Virus record (IMG/VR): IMGVR_UViG_3300033064_006579
Location: 32,001 to 96,000 of that record
DNA from: a virus
Length of the DNA stretch: 64,000 nucleotides
Strand: one strand, 5' to 3'
The notes below the pieces were generated by a model. That model was not told the origin of the DNA and did not search any database. It saw only the letters and a list, made by a program, of their open reading frames with translations. Within the stretch, counting starts at the first letter, position 1. Each line of letters starts with the position of its first letter. Below, one piece after another: positions 17,470 to 27,958 of the stretch. A program made the translations under genes and the position numbers.

Positions 17470-18350
17470 TAATTATTATTATCAATCAAACAGGTGCTAT
17501 CCCAAATCGACCAGTAAATATCGGCCTTCATCTCTCTATTATTATTCGTGGCATCTCGATAGATCTCTGGCGCCGCGTCGCTAAGGGTTAGTGTAAGTGC
17601 CGCTGCATGAGAAAGTCTTTTGTTTGCAGGAAAATCAGACCATTTAGTGGGCTGTCCACCGGCACCAGACCCGGTGTTCCCTTCAATGAATCCGGCTCTT
17701 GTTACACCGTCGGCAGCGCTCGACCACATCGCGATATACAAAATAGTATTCGTAGCGGGAATATCAGTAGTCCATGTACTAATAGATGTTGTTCCAGCCA
17801 TAGCCTCAAGATTCGCAGCAACAGCTGTTCTTCTTCTCATTATATCAGACCCGGCCCACTGGATGAGGGCTTCGTAATCCTCCGTTGGGTTCCAGTTTTC
17901 AACTTTGAAAATAATTGTCCAGGTCGATAAGCCGGAAAGCAAATCCCTAAAACCTGTAGTCGTGGTGAAATAATAAGTGTTGCCATCCAAAGATCTTGGT
18001 ATCCCCGCTGGCATGTTACCCACCTCAGTCCACGTTAGGTTAGGTGCGACAACAGTACCAGTCGCAGAATAGCCAATATCGTCGTCTCCTATATTTACTG
18101 CATCATGAAAAATACAAAAGTCTACTTCTGTGAGGCTCTCTTGACTATCCTGATTCCAATCTGCATAAAGGATTCCTCCTTCGACATCTCTACTCAATCT
18201 ATCGCCAGGCATGAGCCTTGTGCCAAAACCCCGGACAGGATCTTTCGTAACTTCCCAAATGTTGCTACGATTACCAAGCTCGATGCATTCCTTATTCGAC
18301 GGCTTAATAATTCCAGCCCGTCTTGTCAGGGTCGAAGTCATCCTTCCCAT
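17469..18350 (-). CDS. Tail-associated beta-sandwich (LamG/ConA-like) protein, candidate receptor binding
   Basis: Beta-rich, TWTIIFKV/LYIAMW pattern; lies downstream of tail fibre genes. Confidence 0.5.
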   Translation of the reverse strand: MGRMTSTLTRRAGIIKPSNKECIELGNRSNIWEVTKDPVRGFGTRLMPGDRLSRDVEGGILYADWNQDSQESLTEVDFCIFHDAVNIGDDDIGYSATGTVVAPNLTWTEVGNMPAGIPRSLDGNTYYFTTTTGFRDLLSGLSTWTIIFKVENWNPTEDYEALIQWAGSDIMRRRTAVAANLEAMAGTTSISTWTTDIPATNTILYIAMWSSAADGVTRAGFIEGNTGSGAGGQPTKWSDFPANKRLSHAAALTLTLSDAAPEIYRDATNNNREMKADIYWSIWDSTCLIDNNN

Positions 18351-18351
18351 T

Positions 18352-18750
18352 TTATCGCTCCTCGCCACCCATAACCATATAACCAATTGTGGTACCGCCG
18401 CCAGCGACATCCCCGCTATTCAAATGCCATATCTGAATGCTGTCGTTTTGATCGCCGAAAATAATTCCCGGCACCCCGCAGTCGATTATAAAGGTTTCGT
18501 TAGTAACCAAACTTTTCGTAAAAAATTGATTTGTAACACACGGTTTCCCAAGAGCGGTCGCGCTATCCGGCACGGCAAATAACTTGACAGATGTCTCGGA
18601 GTAATCGAGGCAACCGTCGTAGGGCACGTGAAGCCAAATTTGCCTAACAAAACTGGTGACTCCAGATCCATTCTGAAAAATCGCGATCGTTGTCCCTGCC
18701 GTAGTAACCCCTGACATCTCAGCCAGAATTTTATGATCGTATGCAGCCAT
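18352..18750 (-). CDS. Virion/tail fibre-associated protein
   Basis: RBS GGAGG; beta-rich; tail module context. Confidence 0.6.
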   Translation of the reverse strand: MAAYDHKILAEMSGVTTAGTTIAIFQNGSGVTSFVRQIWLHVPYDGCLDYSETSVKLFAVPDSATALGKPCVTNQFFTKSLVTNETFIIDCGVPGIIFGDQNDSIQIWHLNSGDVAGGGTTIGYMVMGGEER

Positions 18751-18762
18751 TTCTATTTCCTC

Positions 18763-19512
18763 CTATGCTAATCCGTATTTTTTGTGATCTGACAAAGTGT
18801 CCGCAGGTGACAGGACCTTTTGAACTGTCACCCCACCCGAACCATCAGCAACCAAGGCCATGCTCGTCCCAGCATAATCTCTCGATGTCGCCGAGTTCGA
18901 GAAAATCCCACGAGTCCACGGTATATTTCTGTGAAAGTTTTCTATGCTCTGACCAAACTCTGGCGTCGTCATACTCACGTCGATAACGGCGTCCTTGACG
19001 TTGATGGTTGTCGTGGTTGCTGCGTATGTGACCGCCGTGACGTACGAATATTGCGGGGCATTAGCCACTCCATTGAATTTTATGGCCCTTCCGACTGTGT
19101 AGACGGCTCGGACGTCACCACCCTCCTTCCATTGCGTCGTGGAGTGGTAATCCCACGGAGTCGTCCCCGACGTCCACCAAGCACCGGCTGGCGACGTTCC
19201 CGACAGGGTGCCGTCCTCGTTTATCGAAACATCAAGTCTGGCATCAAGAGATGAATGCGATCCGCGAGCATTGGAAACCTCTGTCTCAATTGGTGTATTC
19301 GCATATGTCCACTGCCATGTAGAGCCAGAGTAAACCCTCAAGATTTGATCTGTGCTTTGAAACCATGGTCTACCTGTCTCTGGAGAACCCGGTTCAGAGG
19401 CCCCAACAAATAAGGTGGCACAAGCGTCTATGTGATTCCTGATTATTGCATAGAGCTCGCCAAAAGTCGTAGTGCCCGTCGCCGGATTTGTATTCGTATA
19501 AGTCTGTCCCAT
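18763..19512 (-). CDS. Tail fibre/spike attachment protein
   Basis: EVSNARGSHSSLDARLD coiled motif typical of tail spike/fibre N-termini. Confidence 0.65.
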   Translation of the reverse strand: MGQTYTNTNPATGTTTFGELYAIIRNHIDACATLFVGASEPGSPETGRPWFQSTDQILRVYSGSTWQWTYANTPIETEVSNARGSHSSLDARLDVSINEDGTLSGTSPAGAWWTSGTTPWDYHSTTQWKEGGDVRAVYTVGRAIKFNGVANAPQYSYVTAVTYAATTTTINVKDAVIDVSMTTPEFGQSIENFHRNIPWTRGIFSNSATSRDYAGTSMALVADGSGGVTVQKVLSPADTLSDHKKYGLA

Positions 19513-19776
19513 TTATATCCCTCCACATCTAACTATATTTGTCAGGAATTTTTTTACAGCAATTCCTATTCTATTGATTACCCATGGCTTCATTATTTCA
19601 ACGTGATAATTAGTGAGTTTATTTTCAATTCTATTGATTACCCATAGCTTCATTATTTCAGCGTGATAATTAGTGAGTTTATTTTCAATCCTATTATCAA
19701 CCCAATCCTTGATTTGTTGTCTCGTCGCCTGGTCCTGACTATGAATCATTCGACTTGTTGCAGATTGAGAAACCAC
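19513..19776 (-). CDS. Hypothetical protein with a 20-aa tandem repeat
   Basis: WV(D/I)NRIENKLTNYH(A/V)EIMK repeated. Confidence 0.55.
   Translation of the reverse strand: MVSQSATSRMIHSQDQATRQQIKDWVDNRIENKLTNYHAEIMKLWVINRIENKLTNYHVEIMKPWVINRIGIAVKKFLTNIVRCGGI
19568..19704. repeat. 60-bp tandem repeat (~2.3 copies)
   Basis: Lines 19561, 19621 and 19681 align with period 60. Confidence 0.9.
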
Positions 19777-19777
19777 C

Positions 19778-22700
19778 TTAATACCCCTTGATAAATAAAT
19801 CTATCTGTCCACTTTGTTTTGCACCAGCGTCATCGTAAAGCGTGATATAAAAATCTGTTAGGGTCTTATTTTTAATCATGACGTAATACGGATCTGATAC
19901 GACCGATGGAGAGACCAAGTAATTGACAAGAAAATTTAAGCTAAAATCAGTTGATAAATCAAAAGTCGATCCCGATGCCCCGACAAGCTGGCTGTTAAAG
20001 GTATAATTTGTTTCAGGCACATCAATCCATGTATAAATGCTTGTAAATGCGAGAGCAGTAAAATTACTGTCCAGATTAAACCTATCCTTACGTTGAAAAT
20101 ATCTAAACGACGCCTGCACAGGAGAGGCTTGATATGTCGTCCAGCTCAGGGCTGTCAATGGGGATGAGCCTGAAACTCTATAAAAAGTTTGGTGTGACGA
20201 TTCGTCTGTAATTTCCGTATCCGTATCCGCTGGATAGGTCTGATCCGTCCTGCTCGGATAGGTTCGATCTGTGAACCGTAGGATTTCACTCTCATAATCT
20301 TTGAATAATCTCAAGGTGCCGGTTATCGATTTCGTCAAGTCTCTTGTCGGCGAAATATAATATCCCTCCGTTTTAGTCGTTCCAGTATATTCGGTTAACG
20401 ACGTGCCTGAATCGACCCACTTAGAAACGCCACTCCCGACATCGAGAAGGGTATGAGGAACATGGAGGCCGGGGGTGTTTCCAGAGTGAACCCAAACAAG
20501 ATTGTTTGTGACATTAGACGCCGAAAGGTCACCAGTGACAGAGGAGGCGACTCCGTTTACAAAATCATCGAGTTCTTCTTTCTCGTAGACTATATTTATG
20601 ATGTCCGCTATGCCAGAAACCACCACTGTTATCGTAGACCCGGTAGATGATTTATTGCCAGAGTTATCTATCGCCTTAATATGCCATTTGAATGTTCCAT
20701 CATAAGTGAGTTTGTGAGTATATGTGTTTGCAGAAACCTCCTTTACGATCACGACTCCACTCATCCACGTCGGCCCCTCTCTGATTTCATATCCTCGCCT
20801 GTCGACGTCGGCAACATGATCCCACCTCATAATCAAACTCATGCCATCTTGAACACCAATAAAACCAGTGACATTCGCTGGAGGAGCGTACTTCCATAGA
20901 ATCGTAATCACACTTTTTATTACATTATTCGAATCGGGAGAATGTCCCCTATCTGCAAGGATATCGCTACCGCAAATCGCAATCTGATATGCATGTTGAT
21001 ATTGCCATGCATGAGTCGATATATATCCCAAATTTTTAGTCGCGCCGAGAAATTCCCAGACAGAGTCTGTCACAGAGGAATCTTTACGATATATATCCCA
21101 CTTTGCAAGCTTGCGCTCATCATAGACTACGTAATCCCAAGTCATGTGAACCTCGGAACTATAAACTCCGGCGACTTCCGACTTCAAAACTTCATTAATG
21201 TGAACATTAGTAGCGATTGGAATTGCTTGAAGAGCACTTGAATTCCAAGTTGTCGGAAGCGATTCCGTATAAAGACTCGCGTTATACTCAACGGCACTTA
21301 TAGTCCTTTTCAGGTCCTGAGAGCGAGAGATTCCAATTACCTTAAACAACTTAAATTCAGAATTCTGAACGCCGAATGTAAATAAATCGTTCTCGGCCGG
21401 ATTAGATGTCCAATTCGAACTAACCGTCAGTTTATTAGTTGTCGCGCTCGAAGTGGTGACGGTCCTATTTTCAACAGTGTCGTCGGCATGACGAATATAA
21501 ACAATATAAGTAGACGAGCCATCCAGCGTAAGTTGCTGATCGATTGTCACTGTATTATTAGTTGAGTCTAAAACTCTGCCACCATATCCCCACTGCGGCA
21601 AATCATGTTGGACCCGAATCACATCTCCTAATTGACAGGCGATCGCGTCAACGTCGACACCAAACTCAATGGAACGAACTAAATATTTGTTTAGGTTTAG
21701 CCTATAAACCGCCTCTCTGTAGGCCTGTTGGTATGACGTGCACCCGTATAAAACTAACGATGCCTTTTTCTCAACGCCACCCTCTACCCAATCGTTGCCG
21801 TAAACTTGTATAATCTCTCGTTGGAAATCTCTCGCTTTATCGAAATAAGTTACCTCAAAGATATTCGCTCGGTCTTCGAGCGCGAGAAAAGTCTCTTTGA
21901 ACGAATCCCGAACAATGTTCGAAACATTGAACATCTGGACAGGATCGCCACTTTTATCTACGACACAAGAAAATTTAGTCCCCCTCATTATTACAATGCC
22001 ACGTCCGACTTGAGCAACATGTACCAAAGCATCCCACATACTCATTTGCGAATCAAATACTATGTTGATGATCGCCCTCGGCACCCCATTAATTTTTACA
22101 TTGCACCAATCTGCCCATTCTGAAAAGGCAGTATAATCCATCCTCGCCGGAGCAACACCGTCATAACCTTTGACTTGAAGATTATATACGCTACCATCAT
22201 AACTAATATCGAGAGTATAATATGGGCGAACAAGCATGTCATAGCAAGCCCACGCCGGATTATCTGCTGGTTTTGGCTCCCAAACTCCGGTTGTTGGGTT
22301 GTAAATAGGCACAATGTTTCTAATCACTTCGCAGGTTACGTTCGGAACCGCTCCCGCCAGTTGGTTGGTTGCAAGAGCGCGAACACCAAGGAGGGCAGTA
22401 TATGGATATGCAAAATCATCGGGGATTATCTGCGCGATCCCACCAAGATACAACGTGTTTTCATATCGCCCACCAGTCCCGGCAACGGCAAGTTTTTTAA
22501 GCCTTACTTCATATGATCCGGCAGAAAGATCTCTCACATCGAAGCTACGCCTCAAAGGGCCTCTTCGAGCACCGATGATATTAATAGCTCCAAGAGCGCC
22601 ACCCGTATTGACAGTTCTTGTAATGCTCGAAAACCATTCCTCGACGTCGGCAAGAAAGGCGCCAGAATCCATCTTGTTTCTAACCTCTACAACCTGCCTA

Positions 22701-24043
22701 TTGAGACCAGTGATTTCAACCCACACACCCATTGTATCGTAAGTTCCGAAATCTTGCCAACCACCCGACTGGTCGGGGTAACCACTTCCGACTCTATATT
22801 GAATCGTTGCCGTAAGCGCGGGGTTCCAGACTGGTTCCAGATCGACTTGCATATACGGGGTGCGGATTGGGAAAGACCACCATCCCGGCTTTATCTTTGG
22901 GCAACTCGGGCAATTTGGCAATCCATATTGAGAAGCATATTGAAATTTAACCGATTGACATTGACTCGTAAATTTAAAGCCCTGCGCGGTATAGACAAAA
23001 TCAGAATAGGTTTCCTTTCCACCCTCACCGGCAACTATCGAAGTCCAAGCTGCATCGCCCACCATACGGTATTCAATTGACATCTCGATATTGGTACTAT
23101 CTAACCCACCCTGCCCGTTAACATAATATAGGCCGTTGGGGCAAACTATATCGATTCTCAGCCCCTCTGTGGCGTCGCCCTCGACAGTCGCGGTGACATA
23201 TGCATCGGTCGTGATTTCTCTCGAATACGACTTGTAATTATAAGTGTCGCCAAAATATTCAACCGGCTCTTGATTCCTAACCCCTAATTTAATCCTCTGC
23301 CAAACATTATCAAAATTTTCGATTGCCTCGTCGTTAATTTTAATATTTGCTACGCCTTGAATACAACCATCGTGCAATGCGAGTAAAACGTTATAATATT
23401 GATCGTCGCCAACGGTATCGATATAACGATTTATAATGGTTCCGCCGACTCTGCGGGTTCCATAGATTCTCGGCAAAGGGTGACCTTGGGTAGTCATATT
23501 TCTCATGTCGCCCCACCCATAAGTATCAGTTTGCGCTTCCATTGATCCGGCACCAATCCCGGATGCTCCTCCAATACCGGGCAACGCCGGATATGAAGGT
23601 GGCGCATTAGGAAACAGAGCGTTAATTGCAAACGAGCCCATCATTCCAATCGCCATTATCGCAACTGCACCCCAACCTGCTCCGAGAGCGGCTGGTGCCG
23701 TTAGGTATGGAGCGACAACCATGAGGACAACCATGAGGACAACCATCGCGATCGTCCTACCCCAGTTCTTATCCCCCTCCCCCTCTCCTCCGCCTCCTCT
23801 TGGCACTGGTACGACGACTATATGATCATTAATATTCGGACAAACCGCGATTAGTTCAGAATCATCAAGCACTCTTCCGTTGATGCTGTATTTTACATCG
23901 ACATCTCTCATAGAAACGATATTTTTATCAGCGACATACTCGGAAATCGGCTTGGCGACCTCGTGCTCAAGCCAATAATCGGTCCTCTTCGAGATATCGA
24001 ACATACTGCTTACGACAGTTAATTTTACTTTGTTATACGACAT
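19778..24043 (-). CDS. Tail tip / host-specificity protein (lambda gpI+gpJ-like fusion)
   Basis: GHPLPRIYGTRRVGG, YPYTALLG, DNPAWACYD, GDVIRVQHD, FN3-like C-terminus; likely start MSYNK at 24043. Confidence 0.9.
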   Translation of the reverse strand: MSYNKVKLTVVSSMFDISKRTDYWLEHEVAKPISEYVADKNIVSMRDVDVKYSINGRVLDDSELIAVCPNINDHIVVVPVPRGGGGEGEGDKNWGRTIAMVVLMVVLMVVAPYLTAPAALGAGWGAVAIMAIGMMGSFAINALFPNAPPSYPALPGIGGASGIGAGSMEAQTDTYGWGDMRNMTTQGHPLPRIYGTRRVGGTIINRYIDTVGDDQYYNVLLALHDGCIQGVANIKINDEAIENFDNVWQRIKLGVRNQEPVEYFGDTYNYKSYSREITTDAYVTATVEGDATEGLRIDIVCPNGLYYVNGQGGLDSTNIEMSIEYRMVGDAAWTSIVAGEGGKETYSDFVYTAQGFKFTSQCQSVKFQYASQYGLPNCPSCPKIKPGWWSFPIRTPYMQVDLEPVWNPALTATIQYRVGSGYPDQSGGWQDFGTYDTMGVWVEITGLNRQVVEVRNKMDSGAFLADVEEWFSSITRTVNTGGALGAINIIGARRGPLRRSFDVRDLSAGSYEVRLKKLAVAGTGGRYENTLYLGGIAQIIPDDFAYPYTALLGVRALATNQLAGAVPNVTCEVIRNIVPIYNPTTGVWEPKPADNPAWACYDMLVRPYYTLDISYDGSVYNLQVKGYDGVAPARMDYTAFSEWADWCNVKINGVPRAIINIVFDSQMSMWDALVHVAQVGRGIVIMRGTKFSCVVDKSGDPVQMFNVSNIVRDSFKETFLALEDRANIFEVTYFDKARDFQREIIQVYGNDWVEGGVEKKASLVLYGCTSYQQAYREAVYRLNLNKYLVRSIEFGVDVDAIACQLGDVIRVQHDLPQWGYGGRVLDSTNNTVTIDQQLTLDGSSTYIVYIRHADDTVENRTVTTSSATTNKLTVSSNWTSNPAENDLFTFGVQNSEFKLFKVIGISRSQDLKRTISAVEYNASLYTESLPTTWNSSALQAIPIATNVHINEVLKSEVAGVYSSEVHMTWDYVVYDERKLAKWDIYRKDSSVTDSVWEFLGATKNLGYISTHAWQYQHAYQIAICGSDILADRGHSPDSNNVIKSVITILWKYAPPANVTGFIGVQDGMSLIMRWDHVADVDRRGYEIREGPTWMSGVVIVKEVSANTYTHKLTYDGTFKWHIKAIDNSGNKSSTGSTITVVVSGIADIINIVYEKEELDDFVNGVASSVTGDLSASNVTNNLVWVHSGNTPGLHVPHTLLDVGSGVSKWVDSGTSLTEYTGTTKTEGYYISPTRDLTKSITGTLRLFKDYESEILRFTDRTYPSRTDQTYPADTDTEITDESSHQTFYRVSGSSPLTALSWTTYQASPVQASFRYFQRKDRFNLDSNFTALAFTSIYTWIDVPETNYTFNSQLVGASGSTFDLSTDFSLNFLVNYLVSPSVVSDPYYVMIKNKTLTDFYITLYDDAGAKQSGQIDLFIKGY

Positions 24044-24431
24044 ATCTATAGTAACCGTGAATCTTTCTTTTCCAATACGGATGATCGAACTTCTCAATTA
24101 TCGACATAGTTTTTTCCATAGTGTGAATAAAGGTTTTTTCATCTATGCAAACCCCAAAATGATGATCGAAGCCTGGGTTTATTCTTAAAACAACTAGGCA
24201 GCCCTTCTCTGGCCCGCCGAGCTTGACCCATTTTCCGCTATCTCTTTCCTCTTTGAATTTAGATGAAATAACCTTCTTACAAAAAGCCCCTATATCAAAA
24301 TCAGGCATTTTCACGTCACTAAGGATTTCGGATGCACATATCACCAAGCCCCAACAGTCAAGGCCGGTCTTAGGGTTGCGGCCACTATCGACAAATGGGA
24401 TGCCAATCAAATCGAAAATATTACTACTCAT
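24033..24431 (-). CDS. NlpC/P60 tail assembly protein (gpK-like)
   Basis: IGIPFVDSGR...LDCWGLV...HFGV...FIH. Confidence 0.9.
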   Translation of the reverse strand: MSSNIFDLIGIPFVDSGRNPKTGLDCWGLVICASEILSDVKMPDFDIGAFCKKVISSKFKEERDSGKWVKLGGPEKGCLVVLRINPGFDHHFGVCIDEKTFIHTMEKTMSIIEKFDHPYWKRKIHGYYRYVV

Positions 24432-25084
24432 TATTTTAATCCCTTTAGATATACTCCGCCCTCTGGAATGCCAGGGAAGGCTCCGAAATATCTTATATTC
24501 CCATATTTTCTACAATCATCTATCGTTTTGGAACAAACTGTTCCGGGCGTCGAGCCAGAGTAACCACATTTATTCCCGCGGAAACTCCATCGACAAAAAT
24601 TCTTGATATATCGATTTGGAGGATGCATAACTGACGATTGGTTTCTCGCAGACAACCCAAAAGTCGCCCACTGCGTATCGGCGTAGGATGTAGTGCAAAT
24701 AAACGACTCTTCGATCTCCGCCGAAGTTAGACCAAGGTGATCGCTATGAACGACATATAGAGTGACTTCAGAACCAACACCACCTTTTGCTCCATCCATC
24801 TCCATGTAGGCCTGCATTGTTCGATTGGCATTGCCTATCCTAATATTGGCGACGGTCTGTTCGCCCATCCCCTCCTCTTTGGTATCGTCAATATCGAAGG
24901 GGAAAGCGTGCCAGGTATAGGTAGTGCCGCTTGTGGGCCAAACGATGCTCTCGGTGTTTCGACAAAATCGCAGAGTCGTGCTGTTAGGATCCGGGAAAAT
25001 TACTTTTGCCAGTAATAGCCACGCTCCGCTGGCCTGTAATTTGTTTTTTTCTAGAATCGCCGCACTACTTAAACTAAGAGCCAC
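24431..25084 (-). CDS. Minor tail protein (gpL-like)
   Basis: C-terminal CRW...CGY...CSKTIDDC...FGAFPG Fe-S motif. Confidence 0.85.
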   Translation of the reverse strand: MALSLSSAAILEKNKLQASGAWLLLAKVIFPDPNSTTLRFCRNTESIVWPTSGTTYTWHAFPFDIDDTKEEGMGEQTVANIRIGNANRTMQAYMEMDGAKGGVGSEVTLYVVHSDHLGLTSAEIEESFICTTSYADTQWATFGLSARNQSSVMHPPNRYIKNFCRWSFRGNKCGYSGSTPGTVCSKTIDDCRKYGNIRYFGAFPGIPEGGVYLKGLK

Positions 25085-25087
25085 GCA

Positions 25088-25453
25088 TTATACCTCTCTT
25101 AAATCAATAGATCCGCTAAAGTAATTTTGATTGTAATTCGTAAAACTTATTGAATCGCTTAAAAATCTGACCTCATATGTCGAGCCACTCGTCGGTTCTG
25201 AAAAATTAAAACTTGAAGATCCACCAGTCACGCCACTTTCAAAAAAAGTCTGTAATGACACGTAGGAATTCTTTGACATATCTCTCCACGACAATGTAAA
25301 TTCTTTTCTTGCTCTTGTGAATTTGCCCCTTGTCTGTACGTAACCAGACTCGAACAGCGTTCTAATCGCAGGCATGTGAGTTGTGATTTTGATTGAATCG
25401 TATGCCCTTGAGATTCCGGTCGTACCTGATGGAAAATCTATTGCGCTCGTCAC
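25088..25453 (-). CDS. Distal tail protein (gpM-like)
   Basis: FESGYVQ...FTLSW...FNF pattern; follows tape measure. Confidence 0.75.
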   Translation of the reverse strand: MTSAIDFPSGTTGISRAYDSIKITTHMPAIRTLFESGYVQTRGKFTRARKEFTLSWRDMSKNSYVSLQTFFESGVTGGSSSFNFSEPTSGSTYEVRFLSDSISFTNYNQNYFSGSIDLREV

Positions 25454-25454
25454 C

Positions 25455-27713
25455 TTATGCGCTCCTTATAGCTTGTCGAAAACCTTGACTCTGCTGAAGA
25501 TTAGTTAAAACCATCTCCATCACCCATTTTTTCCCGTCGAATTTTGCTTCCCCTCTCTGCTCGGCTTTAACATCCTGGCCCTGATTGACGATATTAATTT
25601 GTATATTCGGCCCTCCACCTTTCGGCGTCACTGTTTCTCCACGCTGTAGGATCGCTGGGAATTCATCGGGCTGCAATCCTTCGTGAAGGCGAGAAGCATT
25701 GTCAAAGAGAGATGTTGGCACCATTCTCGTTGGCATCAAAGTCTGCCCGACAACACCGCCTCTGTGCCCAACAGACGCTGGACTGTAATAATCAGGCATA
25801 TCCATAGCGGCATAAGATCCGGGAGCACCCATACCGTAGGGGCTCCACCAATCACTGACTGCCGTCATGGCAGCCTTCACACCAGCCGACAACACTTTTG
25901 ATAGCCTCTCGTAAACAACGATCCTCATTATCTCGCTAATGATACTTGAAGCCATCGCTCTGAAAGCTTCTTTGAAAGACCTTGTCCCCTCTATCCAACC
26001 CCTCGTCGCATCAACAAAACTATTCGCGATATTGTCAGAAAACGCCTTCCATTTCCTCTGCTCTTCCTTCCTCATGTCATCCCAAGCCTTGGCGTAACGC
26101 TTCGCCGCCTTTTCCGCTGCCTCAGCCCCCAGATCGCCTTGCATCTTATCAGTATCACGAGTGAACTTCTTAGGTTCTTTCTTACTAATGTAAAACGGAC
26201 TATAAATATCGGTCGTCTCATAAGCCGATTGCAATACCTCTGCTTCCTTTTTAAACTTGCTGAAACTTTCCCGCGCACTATCGATTGCCTTCGCAAATTT
26301 TGCTGGTTGATCGTAAAGAGCAATGGCACTTTTTTCAAGTTCGTCCATCAATTCTGTTGTTTCTCTAATTGTCTTTTTATACCCTTCGAGTCGAACAATA
26401 GCGGCTTTATACGTATCACTGCCTGGCAAGCCATATCTACCTTCCGCCAACCCTTTTTGGATCGTAGACTCAAATGACATCGCAAGTTCCTGTCTCGTTT
26501 GAGCAAGTCCTCTTTGAATAACCTTCCAACCCGCCCACGCCCGCGTAATCTGCTTGTGCAACCACAAAAAAGCATTTGCTACCGATTCGACAGTAGATAG
26601 AAAGGCGTCCTCAATCACCTTAGCATTATCGACCAAAAATTCTGTGATATGGTCGACAACCTCGCCGATCGTGTTAAAGGCCGCGATGCCAGCGGATTCA
26701 AACGTCTTGAAAAATTTAAGGAACATGGCCTCGATCTTCGACAGCATTGTCTTCCAAGCGCCCCAGAAGGACTCTCTAATCGCCTCTGCGAGAGACTTTG
26801 CTCTCCCCTCTGCTGCGTACATCACATTGATAAACTCAATGACTTCCTCTGATGTCATACTAAAAATCGCAGCCAATTGCCCAGCTCTCGCCCCCAAAAT
26901 TTTAGCTGCATCTTGAGCAGACATTTTCGCGTCAACCATGTCAAGGATGACATCTGTAAAATTCCTCAACGAGCCATCTGTTTTCTTTATTATAATACCG
27001 TAATCCTCAAGGGCTTCGGCTGCTTTTTTCGATGGATTAAGCATCTTCATCATTGCCTGTCTAAGCGTCGTCCCAGCAAGTGATGCCTTAATACCTCTGT
27101 TGGCAAGAAGACCAACGATGCCAGCAACCTGCTCGATATCCATTCCAAACTGCGTCGCCATGGTGCCACCATAAATAAATGCCTGCGACGCCTCCTCGAT
27201 ATTAGTGTTCGCCCTCGATTGAACCTGCGCGAGAACGTCCGAAACCCTTGAAAGTTCACTGACTTCCATGCCGAATTGGAGGAGGATATTAGTAGCGATG
27301 TCAGCCGCCCTACCAAGGTCGAGCATCCCAGCCGTAGCAAGGTCTAACATCTGTGGAAGAGCTTCGATTGTCTGCCCAGCATCAAGGCCCGCCATACCTA
27401 AGAATCTCAACCCCTCTGCGGCCTGACGAGCGGTGAACTCAGTAGTCCTGCCCATCTCCTCGGCAATGGCGGTCATCTGCTCAAATTCTTTTTCGGTGGC
27501 CTGAGTAATCTCCCGCACAAATCGCATCTCTTTATCAAACTTGGCACCGATTACGGCCGCGGTCAGTACGACCCCTGCGAAGGAGGCACCGATAATCATG
27601 GCGTGTCGCTTCACAGACTGAGCGAACTTGCCAACGCTTCTCTGAGCGCCCGCGAGTGCGGTGGTTAGCCCTACTATATTCCCGCCTACCCTAACCCTGA
27701 GATCTTCTTGCAC
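25455..27713 (-). CDS. Tail tape measure protein (TP901 family core)
   Basis: TTEFTARQAAEGLRFLGMAG...LDLATAG...GIKASLAGTTLR; lambda-like C-terminus HRGG/EFPAILQRGE. Confidence 0.95.
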   Translation of the reverse strand: MQEDLRVRVGGNIVGLTTALAGAQRSVGKFAQSVKRHAMIIGASFAGVVLTAAVIGAKFDKEMRFVREITQATEKEFEQMTAIAEEMGRTTEFTARQAAEGLRFLGMAGLDAGQTIEALPQMLDLATAGMLDLGRAADIATNILLQFGMEVSELSRVSDVLAQVQSRANTNIEEASQAFIYGGTMATQFGMDIEQVAGIVGLLANRGIKASLAGTTLRQAMMKMLNPSKKAAEALEDYGIIIKKTDGSLRNFTDVILDMVDAKMSAQDAAKILGARAGQLAAIFSMTSEEVIEFINVMYAAEGRAKSLAEAIRESFWGAWKTMLSKIEAMFLKFFKTFESAGIAAFNTIGEVVDHITEFLVDNAKVIEDAFLSTVESVANAFLWLHKQITRAWAGWKVIQRGLAQTRQELAMSFESTIQKGLAEGRYGLPGSDTYKAAIVRLEGYKKTIRETTELMDELEKSAIALYDQPAKFAKAIDSARESFSKFKKEAEVLQSAYETTDIYSPFYISKKEPKKFTRDTDKMQGDLGAEAAEKAAKRYAKAWDDMRKEEQRKWKAFSDNIANSFVDATRGWIEGTRSFKEAFRAMASSIISEIMRIVVYERLSKVLSAGVKAAMTAVSDWWSPYGMGAPGSYAAMDMPDYYSPASVGHRGGVVGQTLMPTRMVPTSLFDNASRLHEGLQPDEFPAILQRGETVTPKGGGPNIQINIVNQGQDVKAEQRGEAKFDGKKWVMEMVLTNLQQSQGFRQAIRSA

Positions 27714-27745
27714 GCCTATTTACTCCCTTTCTATATCTGAGATCC

Positions 27746-27958
27746 TCATTCGTTTCGTGGCAACTCCATTTCCTCGCGTTCCCTCTTTATCTTCAAACTC
27801 TTGACATATGCAAATAATTGTAATTTTTTTCTTTCTGTCTTCGGCAATCTTAAAAACTCCTGGTGAGAACATCCTAAGAACTCAGTGCAAACCGACATCT
27901 CTGCATACAATTTGGTGGTGGAGTCGAGATCGTTCTCCCCCATCAAATCGGCAAAAAA
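27746..27958 (-). CDS. Tail assembly chaperone C-terminal extension (gpGT-like, via -1 frameshift)
   Basis: -1 frame ORF entered at slippery T TTT TTG (27952-27958), directly upstream of TMP. Confidence 0.7.
   Translation of the reverse strand, partial: FFADLMGENDLDSTTKLYAEMSVCTEFLGCSHQEFLRLPKTERKKLQLFAYVKSLKIKREREEMELPRNE

Noticed and set aside
19568-19704. DGR template/variable repeat pair near tail fibres
   Set aside because: Simple in-frame 60-bp tandem repeat; differences are not adenine-specific and no reverse transcriptase is present in the window.
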